From NCBI GenBank assembly GCA_965246715.1, contig CBDFFH010000049.1, positions 1 through 64,000 on the forward strand: 64,000 nt of DNA. Reading direction: 5' to 3'. Made by a program: the position numbers and the translations under genes. This document shows positions 9,890 to 19,771 of the stretch, one piece after another (position 1 is the stretch's first letter; every line of letters begins with the position of its first letter). The DNA comes from Chamaesiphon sp. (GTDB lineage: Bacteria > Cyanobacteriota > Cyanobacteriia > Cyanobacteriales > Chamaesiphonaceae). The notes below the pieces were generated by a model that did not search any database, was not told where the DNA came from, and saw only the letters and a program-made list of their open reading frames with translations.

Positions 9890-10348
9890 TTACCCTAATG
9901 GACGATCGAGCAATTCTGGAGCGAGGATGACTTCATCCTCTGATTCTGCTGGAATATCTTCAGGTTCCAAGGGTGTAAAACTAGATCTCGTTGGTAAAAC
10001 AGTGGATATACTCCCTAACATCGATACTGTTTCCACTAATAAAGCTAAAGTGTCCGCATCTTCAGGATGATTTTCGACTACCCTTACAGCTCTCATCACC
10101 ACACTCAAACCTTGCTGAAGCCGCTCGACATCAGTAGCTAAACCGACAAGCTGTTGGAAATCATTTTCATTGAGGATGCGGTACTGTCCAGTTTTAGTCT
10201 GGAGCGTTCCTACAGTTCCAGCAGTAATAGTGGAAAGAGTATTCGCACCCGATGTCCGAAACTGCTCGAAAGAGTTCCAGGATGTTGAAGGAGTAAGTTG
10301 AATGGTTGGAATAGTAACAAAAGGAAGGCTTCGCGATCGAGCTAACAT
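9890..10348 (-). CDS. Hypothetical protein with a Phd/YefM-like N-terminus (putative antitoxin)
   Basis: SFEQFRTSGANTLSTI..GTVGTLQTKTGQYRILNENDFQQL resembles the Phd beta-alpha-beta-beta-alpha pattern; acidic C-terminal tail. Confidence 0.5.
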   Translation of the reverse strand: MLARSRSLPFVTIPTIQLTPSTSWNSFEQFRTSGANTLSTITAGTVGTLQTKTGQYRILNENDFQQLVGLATDVERLQQGLSVVMRAVRVVENHPEDADTLALLVETVSMLGSISTVLPTRSSFTPLEPEDIPAESEDEVILAPELLDRPLG

Positions 10349-10624
10349 AGCGATTTACCATAGGTAGACAACTTTTATCTTATCCGATTACCAACGTTTT
10401 TACAACGACAATCGGTGATAATTGAAATTGACTCAATAGTCGCGGAGTAACTCGCTTGAGATCGAGCGACAATCTGGTAAGGTTCGAGCGACATAAACGA
10501 TCGAGACTAAAAGAAAACAATCGCGTGTTTGCCAATGGCTTGGTTTACGATCGCGATTATGAAACCGTTGCCGCAACAAGTACTCAATCCAAAAGCTAGC
10601 GATCGGGTCGCGCCCTTATTCTAA

Positions 10625-11958
10625 TTAAATTCGATCGCTCGCAGAGAATTGTAAGGCTTTACCTTTGACATCGGAATTAATTTTACCCCGATCGTAAACT
10701 ACGTTGCCGTTGACGATCGTGTAGCTGGGATAACCAGTTAGATCCCAGCCCTCAAAGGGACTCCAGCCGCATTTTGTCTCTAAATCCGCTCTGGTTACTG
10801 GGTGGTAATTTTCGACATCGACCAAGATTAGATCCGCATCATAACCGATCGCGATCGCGCCTTTATTCGGGATGTTATAAGCTTTAGCTACGGCAGTAGA
10901 CATCCACTGCGAGACTTGCTCGATCGTGCATTTACCAGCGATTGCTTGAGTGAGCATCAGGGGCAACGCTGTCTCGACTCCTGGCATTCCAGAAGGCGTA
11001 TTTGGATAACCTTTGGCTTTTTCCTCCAGCGTATGCGGCGCGTGATCTGTGGCGATAAAATCGATCGTTCCATCCAATAACCCTTGCCACAACACCTCGT
11101 TGTCATGGTGGCCGCGCAGGGGTGGATTCATCTGTGCGAGCGTCCCGATCTTACTGTACGCATCGGTATTCAGCAGCAAATGTTGGGGAGTGACTTCTGC
11201 TGTTACCCAAGCTGGTTTATGTTCGCGCAGGTACTCGACTTCTATCGCCGTAGAGAGGTGGAGAATATGTAACCGCCGCTGGTATTTTTGAGATAATTCT
11301 AGCGCGAGCTTAGTCGCATTGAGGGCGGCGATATCGTCTTGAATCTGAGAATGAATGGCAGGATCGGTAATCCCTGAAAATTCTTGCTTACGTCGATCGA
11401 TGCGTCCTTGATCTTCCGCATGAACGGCAATCAGCCGTTCTCCCCGCGCAAAAATCGGCTCCAAGCTAGCAGCGGTATCGACTAGTAGGTCACCATGGGC
11501 GGAACCCATAAAGATCTTGATGCCGCAGGCAGGGGTGCGCAGATAGCAGATCTGGGAGGTTTGCGGGAGTTGCCCCGATGAAAAAGCCATAATTGACGAT
11601 ACTTTTTTGAGCCGCGCGCTGTAATTTATCATCTAACGCCGCTTGAGTAATCGTTAAAGGCTTGGTGTTAGGCATTTCGAGGAAGGATGTCACCCCACCT
11701 TTAGCACAGGCGCGGCTGGCTGTGGTCAAATCTTCTTTATGCTCTAATCCTGGTTCCCGAAAATGGACTTGCGGATCGATAACTCCTGGCAACAAAAGCA
11801 ATCCAGTCGCGTCTATCTCTGTAGTTACATCGGTCGCGATAATCTCAGCCGCAATCTCGACGATGCGTTCGTCTCGAACCAAGACATCCGCCCACCAACC
11901 ACGAGCCATCAGCCAAGAGGATGCGAGCATGACGGATTAATAAGGAATTTGCGTTCAT
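10625..11958 (-). pseudogene. pyrC: Dihydroorotase (amidohydrolase) with two +1 frameshifts; pseudogene or sequencing error
   Basis: True start ATG 11958 ([18 protein letters not shown]). Motifs [30 protein letters not shown] and ATDHAPH are spread over three frames. Extra bases at ~11888-11889 and 11532-11535; 1334 nt = 444 codons + 2. Confidence 0.88.
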
Positions 11959-12226
11959 ACTCAATCGGCTATTTTACAGGGCATAATGGTCTTTAGACAA
12001 TTTTCAACTAGCGGCAACCATACATAACAATTATCCCCCGATCTCGCTACATTTAAATTAGTGCGCGAATATGTCGATCGATCTGCCTAAGATCTTACAA
12101 CAAAACGCTCCGAGCTGTTGACGCTCGATCGAGTAACTTAGGCATCAGCCAGATCGGTAGCCAGCGAGCTTAGCTCGAATATTACATAAATTTGCACCTA
12201 CTTATCTCACAATTTAATCTGCTTTT

Positions 12227-12877
12227 ATGGATTACGAACAACCAGACTACAAGCAACCAGATCCCGAACCATTGGATGGCGAACAACCTCAACCAGAAGC
12301 CACGACTCCTACCCCCAAGTCAGAAAATCCGTGGCTCGAAACTGTTAAAACAATTGGATTGAGTGTTTTCTTGGCGGTTGGGATTCGGACTTTTGTAGCT
12401 GAAGCACGTTATATTCCGTCTGGCTCGATGTTACCAACGTTGCAAATTAACGATCGATTGATCGTCGATAAAATTAGTTATCGATTTTCAAATCCCTCGC
12501 GCGGCGATATTGTCGTGTTCAATCCTACCGCGCAACTCGAACGCGAAAAATATAAGGATGCCTTTATCAAACGCGTGATCGGTTTACCTGGCGATCGGAT
12601 CGAAGTCAAAAGCGGTAAAGTTTATATCAACGGAAAAGTACTCAACGAAAATTATCTCGACGAGGCTCCACACTACAACTGGAGCAGTACTGCGTTAACC
12701 CCCGATGGTAAAGTACCTGAAGGTCATTATTTAGTTCTCGGTGACAACCGAAATAATAGTTATGACAGTCATTATTGGGGGTTCGTACCTAAAGATAAAA
12801 TCGTCGGCAGAGCAGTAGTACGATTTTGGCCGATTAACCGTGCTGGTGGCATCGACCCACAACCGGATTATAAGTAA
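12227..12877 (+). CDS. lepB: Signal peptidase I (copy 1)
   Basis: YIPSGSMLPTL, FIKRVIGLPGD, LGDNRNNSYDSHYWG. Confidence 0.95.
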   Translation: MDYEQPDYKQPDPEPLDGEQPQPEATTPTPKSENPWLETVKTIGLSVFLAVGIRTFVAEARYIPSGSMLPTLQINDRLIVDKISYRFSNPSRGDIVVFNPTAQLEREKYKDAFIKRVIGLPGDRIEVKSGKVYINGKVLNENYLDEAPHYNWSSTALTPDGKVPEGHYLVLGDNRNNSYDSHYWGFVPKDKIVGRAVVRFWPINRAGGIDPQPDYK

Positions 12878-13018
12878 AAGTTCGGTATGAGTCGATCTAA
12901 AATATCGCACTGAGGTCGAGATTTCGGAAAATGAATATTGTTAGTGTAGATAGTGGCAACTCTTATCGCAACAAATTTGCACTAACTCATCAAATCATTC
13001 TGTACTCTAAGTAAGTTT

Positions 13019-13630
13019 ATGAGCGCTAAAAAATCTCGATCGTCAGTCAAACCGCCAAAATCTCCAGTCGAAAATCCGTGGGTTGAGACAGGCAAAACTA
13101 TTTTATTAAGTGCTGTCTTTGCATTTGGATTTCGGACTTATGTGGCTGAGTCTTGCTACATTCCGTCTGGTTCGATGTTACCCACGCTGCAAATTAACGA
13201 TCGGTTAATGGTCGATAAAATTAGTTATCGGTTTGCAGATCCGGCGCGCGGTGATATGGTCGTATTTCAGCCACCAGCAAAACTCAACCTCAAAGAAAAC
13301 TTTATCAAACGCGTGATTGGTTTACCTGGCGATCTCGTTGAAGTCAAGAATGGTAAAGTCTATGTCAACGGCAGAGTATTATCCGAAAAGTATGTTGCGG
13401 AGCCGCCGACATATACTTGGACGAAAACCGAATCATCCGACCCGCAATTTACACCCGATCGAGTTATTCCTGCAGGTCAGTATTTAGTATTGGGTGACAA
13501 TCGCAATAATAGTCTCGACAGTCATTACTGGGGATTTATTACCAAAGATAAAATAGTTGGTAAGGCAATCGTCCGGTATTGGCCGATCGATCGGACTGGT
13601 GGGATCGCTCCGCAACCCGATTACAAATAG
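13019..13630 (+). CDS. lepB: Signal peptidase I (copy 2, tandem paralog)
   Basis: Same Ser/Lys dyad motifs; both copies end in PQPDYK. Confidence 0.95.
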   Translation: MSAKKSRSSVKPPKSPVENPWVETGKTILLSAVFAFGFRTYVAESCYIPSGSMLPTLQINDRLMVDKISYRFADPARGDMVVFQPPAKLNLKENFIKRVIGLPGDLVEVKNGKVYVNGRVLSEKYVAEPPTYTWTKTESSDPQFTPDRVIPAGQYLVLGDNRNNSLDSHYWGFITKDKIVGKAIVRYWPIDRTGGIAPQPDYK

Positions 13631-13754
13631 ATCCGTAAACCCAAAAAGAATCGATTTTACAAATATTTTAGAACTAACTGCATAAAAGCCGCGCGAGGTT
13701 CCCAATCTAGAGATAGCCAATGGTTATCTGCCTATTTTACAGCGCACGATCCTT

Positions 13755-15230
13755 ATGTATGAGCCATTCTACCTACTTCACGAGCGTTTTGACCCAGGGG
13801 CAAAAAATTGGATCGGCTGGCAAGTGCATCCAGGACTAGTGAGATCGATCGAATGTTGGTGCAGTCAGCTCGAACCGATCGAACCGATCGATCCTAGCGT
13901 AATTACCGATCGCGCCAATGTGCAAGCACATTTCGATCGGTGGTGTCTGAAAGTCCGCTCGTTACATGGCTTGGCGCGATCGAGTATTATCGATTTGCTC
14001 GCCCAACATTGGCTGGATCGGCTGCAACAATCGCCAGCAGATCCGACGCTGAGATTGCATTGGATCGCCCTATTTATGCAGCGTTGTGCGACAGTTGGCT
14101 GGCAGGTTTGGCAACTGTTGCCCGATCGCAGCAGATCGATCGACTTATTTGAAGAGATCGTTAGCTATGCCTACAGTAAAACGATCGATCCCGATCGAGT
14201 CCAGCTCGTGCTGGCAAATTTTAAGCCAGGGACATCCCAGTTTGTCAGCGGACTCAATCATCTTAAAGCCTTCATCGATCGCCGGATTCGGTACTCGATC
14301 TTTCCGTTTCTGCGCGAGACATCTGGCGATCCCAATTTTGGGCGCACCAATCTAGGGGTAGCCGCACGTTATAGTCGCGGGGAAGTCAAGAAAGCGTTGT
14401 TATGCTTGCATCCTGCCGATCGAGTTAGTGAGTTGCTAGTTTTATGGCAATCTTTGATGCTGTATCGATCGCAAACGGGGATTGCTGTCAATCGATTGGT
14501 GGCTGCTGATTTCGCTCGGATCGGGCAATATTATCAGCAAGTAAGTCAACAATCGATCGAGCAGACTGGAGCTGAGATCCAACACCAGATCGAACTAATT
14601 GGCGGGGCAATTCGCAGCTATGAATTACGTCCGTCAGTGTCACTGGATGCGCCGATCTCAAGCGGTGGAGTTGGTACTGTGGCGATTTCCTGGAGTGAAA
14701 CCAATCTCCTATCCGAGGGGGATTTGCTCCAATCATTGGCAACTCAGGATATTTTGCAGATTGTCCGGATGGAGCTGACTAAATTGCTAGACGAACCAAC
14801 ACCAAAATCGAAGGGTCGAGCGTCGTGCCAGCAATTATTTCTATTGTATTACGGCTTGGGACTCAAGCAACAACAGATCGGGAATATCATCCATCACAAT
14901 TTTGGTTCGACAAATAATCCGGGAACGGTAGCCTTACATTTACGGCAGGGACGCAAATATCTGTTCCAACGCATTCATACCGCACTCAAAAACGAACCGC
15001 CACCGCTGACAGATCTAGAAATCGATGCCACGATGAGTCTATTGCTCGAAACATATTTCGATCGCGTGCTGCCGCAGTATTTGACGAAGCTGGCGTTACC
15101 AGTCGATCGGCAATCTGCCAATGAGATCGTCGTTGCGGCAATGGCGCAGCAGCTCGCGCTAGAACTCCCAGCCGAAATCGTGACCACAAGTATAGAGCGA
15201 TTATTAGCGCGGTTTAGCGATCTCCACTAG
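13755..15230 (+). CDS. Divergent sigma-70-like factor (paralog of 2183-3388)
   Basis: GWQVHPGLVRSI aligns to GWIVDGRLRRSM of the first copy; VSLDAPI motif; region-4-like LFLLYYGLGLKQQQIG...GTVALHL. Confidence 0.65.
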   Translation: MYEPFYLLHERFDPGAKNWIGWQVHPGLVRSIECWCSQLEPIEPIDPSVITDRANVQAHFDRWCLKVRSLHGLARSSIIDLLAQHWLDRLQQSPADPTLRLHWIALFMQRCATVGWQVWQLLPDRSRSIDLFEEIVSYAYSKTIDPDRVQLVLANFKPGTSQFVSGLNHLKAFIDRRIRYSIFPFLRETSGDPNFGRTNLGVAARYSRGEVKKALLCLHPADRVSELLVLWQSLMLYRSQTGIAVNRLVAADFARIGQYYQQVSQQSIEQTGAEIQHQIELIGGAIRSYELRPSVSLDAPISSGGVGTVAISWSETNLLSEGDLLQSLATQDILQIVRMELTKLLDEPTPKSKGRASCQQLFLLYYGLGLKQQQIGNIIHHNFGSTNNPGTVALHLRQGRKYLFQRIHTALKNEPPPLTDLEIDATMSLLLETYFDRVLPQYLTKLALPVDRQSANEIVVAAMAQQLALELPAEIVTTSIERLLARFSDLH

Positions 15231-15284
15231 CATAAAACCCTCGCAGCTCACTCAATCAGTAATTATAAATTTCGATTCAAAATT

Positions 15285-16745
15285 ATGGTCTTAACCCTGG
15301 AAAAGTTACGTCAAATTTATCCCGAACAGCTGTGGATCGATTTATCAACCGATCGACAACTGCCAGTAAAGTTACCACTAACCGAGCGAGCGAGCGACGA
15401 TCTGGCGCTCAGTCAGGTCGATTTCAATCGCCTGTGTGCGACGGTGCTAACTGATTGGCTGAGTCAAAATATTGGCACGTTTGCCATAAAATCGACTTTC
15501 CCCTGCGCTGTGAATGGGGTATTGCGACTAGAATTTATCGCGAAGTTAGTCAATGGGTTTGCACTCCAGCTCGGTGAGACTAAAGTGGTATTTATTCCGA
15601 GTCAATCAATCGATCTGACCGAATTTGAGGTACCCCAAGAATGGGTGGACTTACCAAATTGGGCGGCTGATTATTACATTCCCGTGCGGGTAGATCTCGA
15701 TCGGCAATATTTACAGTTGTGGGGGTTTATCTCGCATCGAGCGCTCATTGCAACGGCTGAATTCGATCGAGTTTTTCGGAATTATCAGATTGCTGGGGCA
15801 GATACGATGGCGAATCTAGCGGAATTTTTCGCCGCCTGCGAATTGAATACCATCGCAGAATTGACTGCCGCCCGATCGTCGCTCGAGCAGATACCGACGC
15901 TCGCCCCAGCGGCTGCCATAACCGAGATCGATCGACTCCAACAACATCGTTCCATTTTTTCACCGCGATTAGATTTACCGTTTTCACAGTGGGGTGCGCT
16001 GTTAAATGAGGCCAAATGGTTGGAGCGATATGCGATCGGACGACCCCAGGAGACTCAGCTCAGCCGCTGGCGAGATCGGCTCGCTACCGCGATTTGCGAT
16101 GGGTGGAGTACGGTCGAACACTTTATCGATCCACCACAATTAAGTCCAGTCCGCCACCTGCGCGCTCATCATTTAGAGTCCAGACTGCGCCCACAAAAAT
16201 TTCGGGGGATTTCTCTGACTACCCCAGCAGAAATCGCTGCCGCGATCGCGCATTTGTATGAGAGTCAATCAGCGATCGCCAAACCCGATCGGATCTTGGG
16301 TGTTGAAGATTTAGTCCGATTGCTACAGCTTTCACCCCTCGAAACGATCCGGTGGAAAGCTGCGGAGTACCTGTGGATAATCGACGAGCGGCATCCTGCG
16401 CTCCCCATCCGCCGCATTCTCGATTTGGGGATGCGATTTCAAGGTGAGGAAATTGCCTTGATGGTATCGATGATGGAAAAACCCGATCGGCGCATGGCAA
16501 TCCTGATCCAACTGTATGCAACGGGTAGCGATCGCGATTGTCTGCCACCAGGATTGGAATTAGCACTTCAAGACGAACGTGGTGAAACCGTGCTCGATAG
16601 TGCGGGTCATCCATTTATCGCTACCGCCAGAAGTGAGTCGCCAGACGCACGGATTCAGTTATATTTTGTTGCAGATCGAGCCGATCGATTTGGAGCCTGT
16701 ATTACGCTAGATGAAACTCAAATTGTCGAAGAGTTTCGGGTTTAA
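15285..16745 (+). CDS. DUF1822 family protein (with extra helical insertion)
   Basis: VVFIPSQSIDLTEFEVPQEWVDLPNWAADYY; C-terminal LPPGLELALQDE.G...IQL.F...DRF....EEF. Confidence 0.85.
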   Translation: MVLTLEKLRQIYPEQLWIDLSTDRQLPVKLPLTERASDDLALSQVDFNRLCATVLTDWLSQNIGTFAIKSTFPCAVNGVLRLEFIAKLVNGFALQLGETKVVFIPSQSIDLTEFEVPQEWVDLPNWAADYYIPVRVDLDRQYLQLWGFISHRALIATAEFDRVFRNYQIAGADTMANLAEFFAACELNTIAELTAARSSLEQIPTLAPAAAITEIDRLQQHRSIFSPRLDLPFSQWGALLNEAKWLERYAIGRPQETQLSRWRDRLATAICDGWSTVEHFIDPPQLSPVRHLRAHHLESRLRPQKFRGISLTTPAEIAAAIAHLYESQSAIAKPDRILGVEDLVRLLQLSPLETIRWKAAEYLWIIDERHPALPIRRILDLGMRFQGEEIALMVSMMEKPDRRMAILIQLYATGSDRDCLPPGLELALQDERGETVLDSAGHPFIATARSESPDARIQLYFVADRADRFGACITLDETQIVEEFRV

Positions 16746-16784
16746 CATCACAGACCCCTGTTATTAGCACCGAGTATCCATGTC

Positions 16785-19508
16785 ATGCACAAAATAGTCA
16801 TCTTCGATCTGAGCGAGCATACTGGGACTGAAGGTGGCTTTAAGGTGAGTTCGATTGTCAAAAATGCCGCCAATGGTCGATTGCTCGTCGATGAGGTGCA
16901 AGGGATTCTCCCAGCGATGACGGAGGTGTTCGAGCTGTGGCAAGACTGGCAAGATCTATATTTAGCCTGGGGCGAACGCTCTCGGTGGGGCGAACATCGG
17001 GCGATCTCGGTACCTGCAACTAACGATCCGATCGAGACCAATATCGGTGCTACGTTCGATAGTTGTCAGACTGCTAGCGAAAAGTTATTTACCGCCTTCA
17101 ATCAAGCTCTAAATACCCAAGGATTGGCGGAGATTCGCCAAACATTGAGCGAATACGTTCCCAGTTGGCGAGCGCATGAATGGCGCAAACCCCGCACGAT
17201 TACCTTTATTTTACGCACTAATAATCTCACTCCCGAGCGCAGTTTGGCGATCCAACGTTTACCCTGGCATCGGTGGGACTTTTTTACCCAGCGATATCCA
17301 GGTGCGGAGATTGCGTTTAGTACGATCGCCCTCAAAACAAAAGTAGTTACAGGTAAATTAAAGGTACTGGTAATTTTTGGCAGTAATATCGGGATTCAGA
17401 CTGAACCCGATCGACGTTCGCTCGATAATTATTTAAAATATCATCCCTCGATCGACTATCAAACTGTCACTCAACCGACTAAACGCGAACTCAAACAACA
17501 GCTCCAAAAGCCTTGTCATTGTATCTTCTTTGTCGGGCATTCTCAATCCAGTCCCCATCCCGATCGACCGCCCGAGCGGGGCAAAAGCTCGACCAAAATC
17601 TGGATTAATAAAACCGAATATTTTTCGCCATTAGATGATGACTTTCAACCACTATTTAAAAGTTTAGTCGATCGCGGCTTACAACTCGCTGTATTTAATA
17701 GCTGTGATGGCTTAAATTTAGCGAGAGAGCTGATCGACTTACATATCAATCATGCGATCGTCATGAAAGAGATGGTACACGATCGGGTCGCCCAAGATTT
17801 TATCGAGCAATTTTTGCGAGAGTTTACTCAAGGTATCCCGTTACATATCGCGCTCAATCGCGCGCGGCAATACCTCCGTCTCAATCTGGAAAATGACTAT
17901 GCACCGAATGCTTCGGATATTCCAACGATCGTCCAAAATCCCTACGAGAGTCAATTAGTTTTTAAGCCCAATCGATTAACTGTAGCTGCTTACAAACTAT
18001 TTATAGCGATCGTCAAAATCTTTAAAGTTACACCAAAGAAATATCTCTTTGGTGGCTTGGTACTTGCCACATCGATCGCGATAATTTGGATGAAAATTGC
18101 GACAGTCCCATCGATGCCACTATTTTTTAGTGATGTGAATATCAGTGTCGGCGACAAATTATTACCAAATATCGAAGTGCCTGGTGCGCATAATTCACAA
18201 CTGCTCACTGATGGAATTAATTATTTTAAGGATAAGCATTATGCTGATGCTGCCAAAAAATTCGATCGCTATATTAAATCTCAGAACGAAGTTCCGCCTG
18301 ATGTCCATATTTTCCTGAGAAATGCTGAAATCTTGCGAGATTGGAGTAACAATAAGACGGTGCCTTTGAAAATCGGCACTAGCGTTCCTCTCGGGAAAAA
18401 TCCATCGGTTGCCAAAGAGATTTTACGCGGAGTCGGACAGTTACAAGAAGAAACGATCGCTACCAATCAACCGTTATTAATTGCAATCGCTAATGATAAC
18501 AACGAACAGAAATTATCCCAGCATGTTGCCGAAGAATTTGGCAAAGAGACTTCGATCCTTGCCGTAGTCGGCCATAATGCAAGTAATGCCTCAGTTGCCG
18601 CCCAAAGTGTCTACAAAAGTCACGCATTGGTAGCGATCTCGCCGACAAGCTTTAGTACTAATCTCTCTGGAGATTACATCTATAAAATGGTGGAAGATAT
18701 GAATGTATTTGCCAGTCCGATGGCCGATCGGATCGCGATCGATGCTGAAGGTAATAAATCTTATTTCGTCTATATTTGTGGTGATACGGATAGCGATGAC
18801 AATCAAATTTACAATCAGCGCGTCGCTGACAATTTAAGAAATAAATTCGATCGATCGCCTGACGACCGCGAATGCAAATTTTCATTCAAAAGCGAACTAA
18901 ATACCAAAAAAACCGAGATCGTCCAAAGACTGATCGCGCAAAAAGTTAATGCTCTGCTAATTTCTCCACATGTCAACCAAATCCAAGAAACGATCGGCCT
19001 ATTAGAAATTATTCGCGATGAGCCTAAACTCAAGAATTTAAAAATTTATAGTAGCCCGACTTTATTCTCAATTCAAACAATCGATTTAAACAGACAAAAA
19101 AATAAATTAGCAGGCTTAATCGTTCCCGATCCCTGGTTTCGGACACCCAAAACCCGATCTTTTATTGCAGCATCTCAAAAAATATGGGGTAAAAATCGCC
19201 CGAATACCTGGAGAACAGCATTAGCATATGCAGCAACTAAAGCAGTTTATACCGGGTTGACTGCAATAATTGTGGATGACTCATCAAATGCATCTGCCGA
19301 TCGAGAACTCAATCTTCAGATTCGCCATAAATTAAACGATCGCCTAAGGCTCCAACCTAAATTTGAGATCGGCGGTGCCATTCCTGACTTCAAATTTAGA
19401 GACAATCCTCAAAATCAACAAGGTTGGATTGAATACGTCCAATCCAGCAAACCTAAATATTCGTTAGTTAGGCTCGATCGAAATAATGAATTTGAAGAGT
19501 TAAAATAA
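16785..19508 (+). CDS. Membrane-anchored CHAT (caspase-like) protease fused to a periplasmic LivJ/branched-chain amino acid-type binding domain
   Basis: LPWHRW, IFFVGHS (His252) and LAVFNSCDG (Cys307) CHAT motifs; TM helix LFGGLVLATSIAIIWM; TPR-like helix; then VP.G.N..VA.EILRGV and ILAVVGHNAS.AS.AA substrate-binding motifs. Confidence 0.88.
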   Translation: MHKIVIFDLSEHTGTEGGFKVSSIVKNAANGRLLVDEVQGILPAMTEVFELWQDWQDLYLAWGERSRWGEHRAISVPATNDPIETNIGATFDSCQTASEKLFTAFNQALNTQGLAEIRQTLSEYVPSWRAHEWRKPRTITFILRTNNLTPERSLAIQRLPWHRWDFFTQRYPGAEIAFSTIALKTKVVTGKLKVLVIFGSNIGIQTEPDRRSLDNYLKYHPSIDYQTVTQPTKRELKQQLQKPCHCIFFVGHSQSSPHPDRPPERGKSSTKIWINKTEYFSPLDDDFQPLFKSLVDRGLQLAVFNSCDGLNLARELIDLHINHAIVMKEMVHDRVAQDFIEQFLREFTQGIPLHIALNRARQYLRLNLENDYAPNASDIPTIVQNPYESQLVFKPNRLTVAAYKLFIAIVKIFKVTPKKYLFGGLVLATSIAIIWMKIATVPSMPLFFSDVNISVGDKLLPNIEVPGAHNSQLLTDGINYFKDKHYADAAKKFDRYIKSQNEVPPDVHIFLRNAEILRDWSNNKTVPLKIGTSVPLGKNPSVAKEILRGVGQLQEETIATNQPLLIAIANDNNEQKLSQHVAEEFGKETSILAVVGHNASNASVAAQSVYKSHALVAISPTSFSTNLSGDYIYKMVEDMNVFASPMADRIAIDAEGNKSYFVYICGDTDSDDNQIYNQRVADNLRNKFDRSPDDRECKFSFKSELNTKKTEIVQRLIAQKVNALLISPHVNQIQETIGLLEIIRDEPKLKNLKIYSSPTLFSIQTIDLNRQKNKLAGLIVPDPWFRTPKTRSFIAASQKIWGKNRPNTWRTALAYAATKAVYTGLTAIIVDDSSNASADRELNLQIRHKLNDRLRLQPKFEIGGAIPDFKFRDNPQNQQGWIEYVQSSKPKYSLVRLDRNNEFEELK

Positions 19509-19516
19509 TTCGGAGC

Positions 19517-19683
19517 GTAATTAACGATATTTCTAGATAAGAAGAGCCTAGGGACTAAAGTCTCTGCTCATGATACGAAGTCTGCCTACTCGGACTGATT
19601 AACTAGTCCGCATACGCGGACTTTGTAATATTAGCCTCGATTTCAATCGATGGTGGTAAGGGAACGAAGCTGACGTTAATTAC
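19517..19683. mobile_element. MITE-like element carrying REP-like palindromes
   Basis: Terminal IR GTAATTAACG/CGTTAATTAC; internal AAGTCTGCCTACTCGGACT..AGTCCGCATACGCGGACTTT, related to the units at 36.9 and 50.1 kb. Confidence 0.55.
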
Positions 19684-19771
19684 TCAAAACTTATTCACGA
19701 ACATTACATAATCAGCGATCGACCGCTCAAGACCTAAGTGTAGATTCGAGCATCCACTTCGATCGTCAATT

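Noticed and set aside
8400..10400. Prophage or integrative element near tRNA-Pro
   Set aside because: No integrase, att repeat or structural genes; housekeeping genes lie between the tRNA and the islet
11490..11930. Programmed frameshifting in pyrC
   Set aside because: Two independent +1 lesions with no slippery heptamer or stimulatory structure; error or decay is simpler
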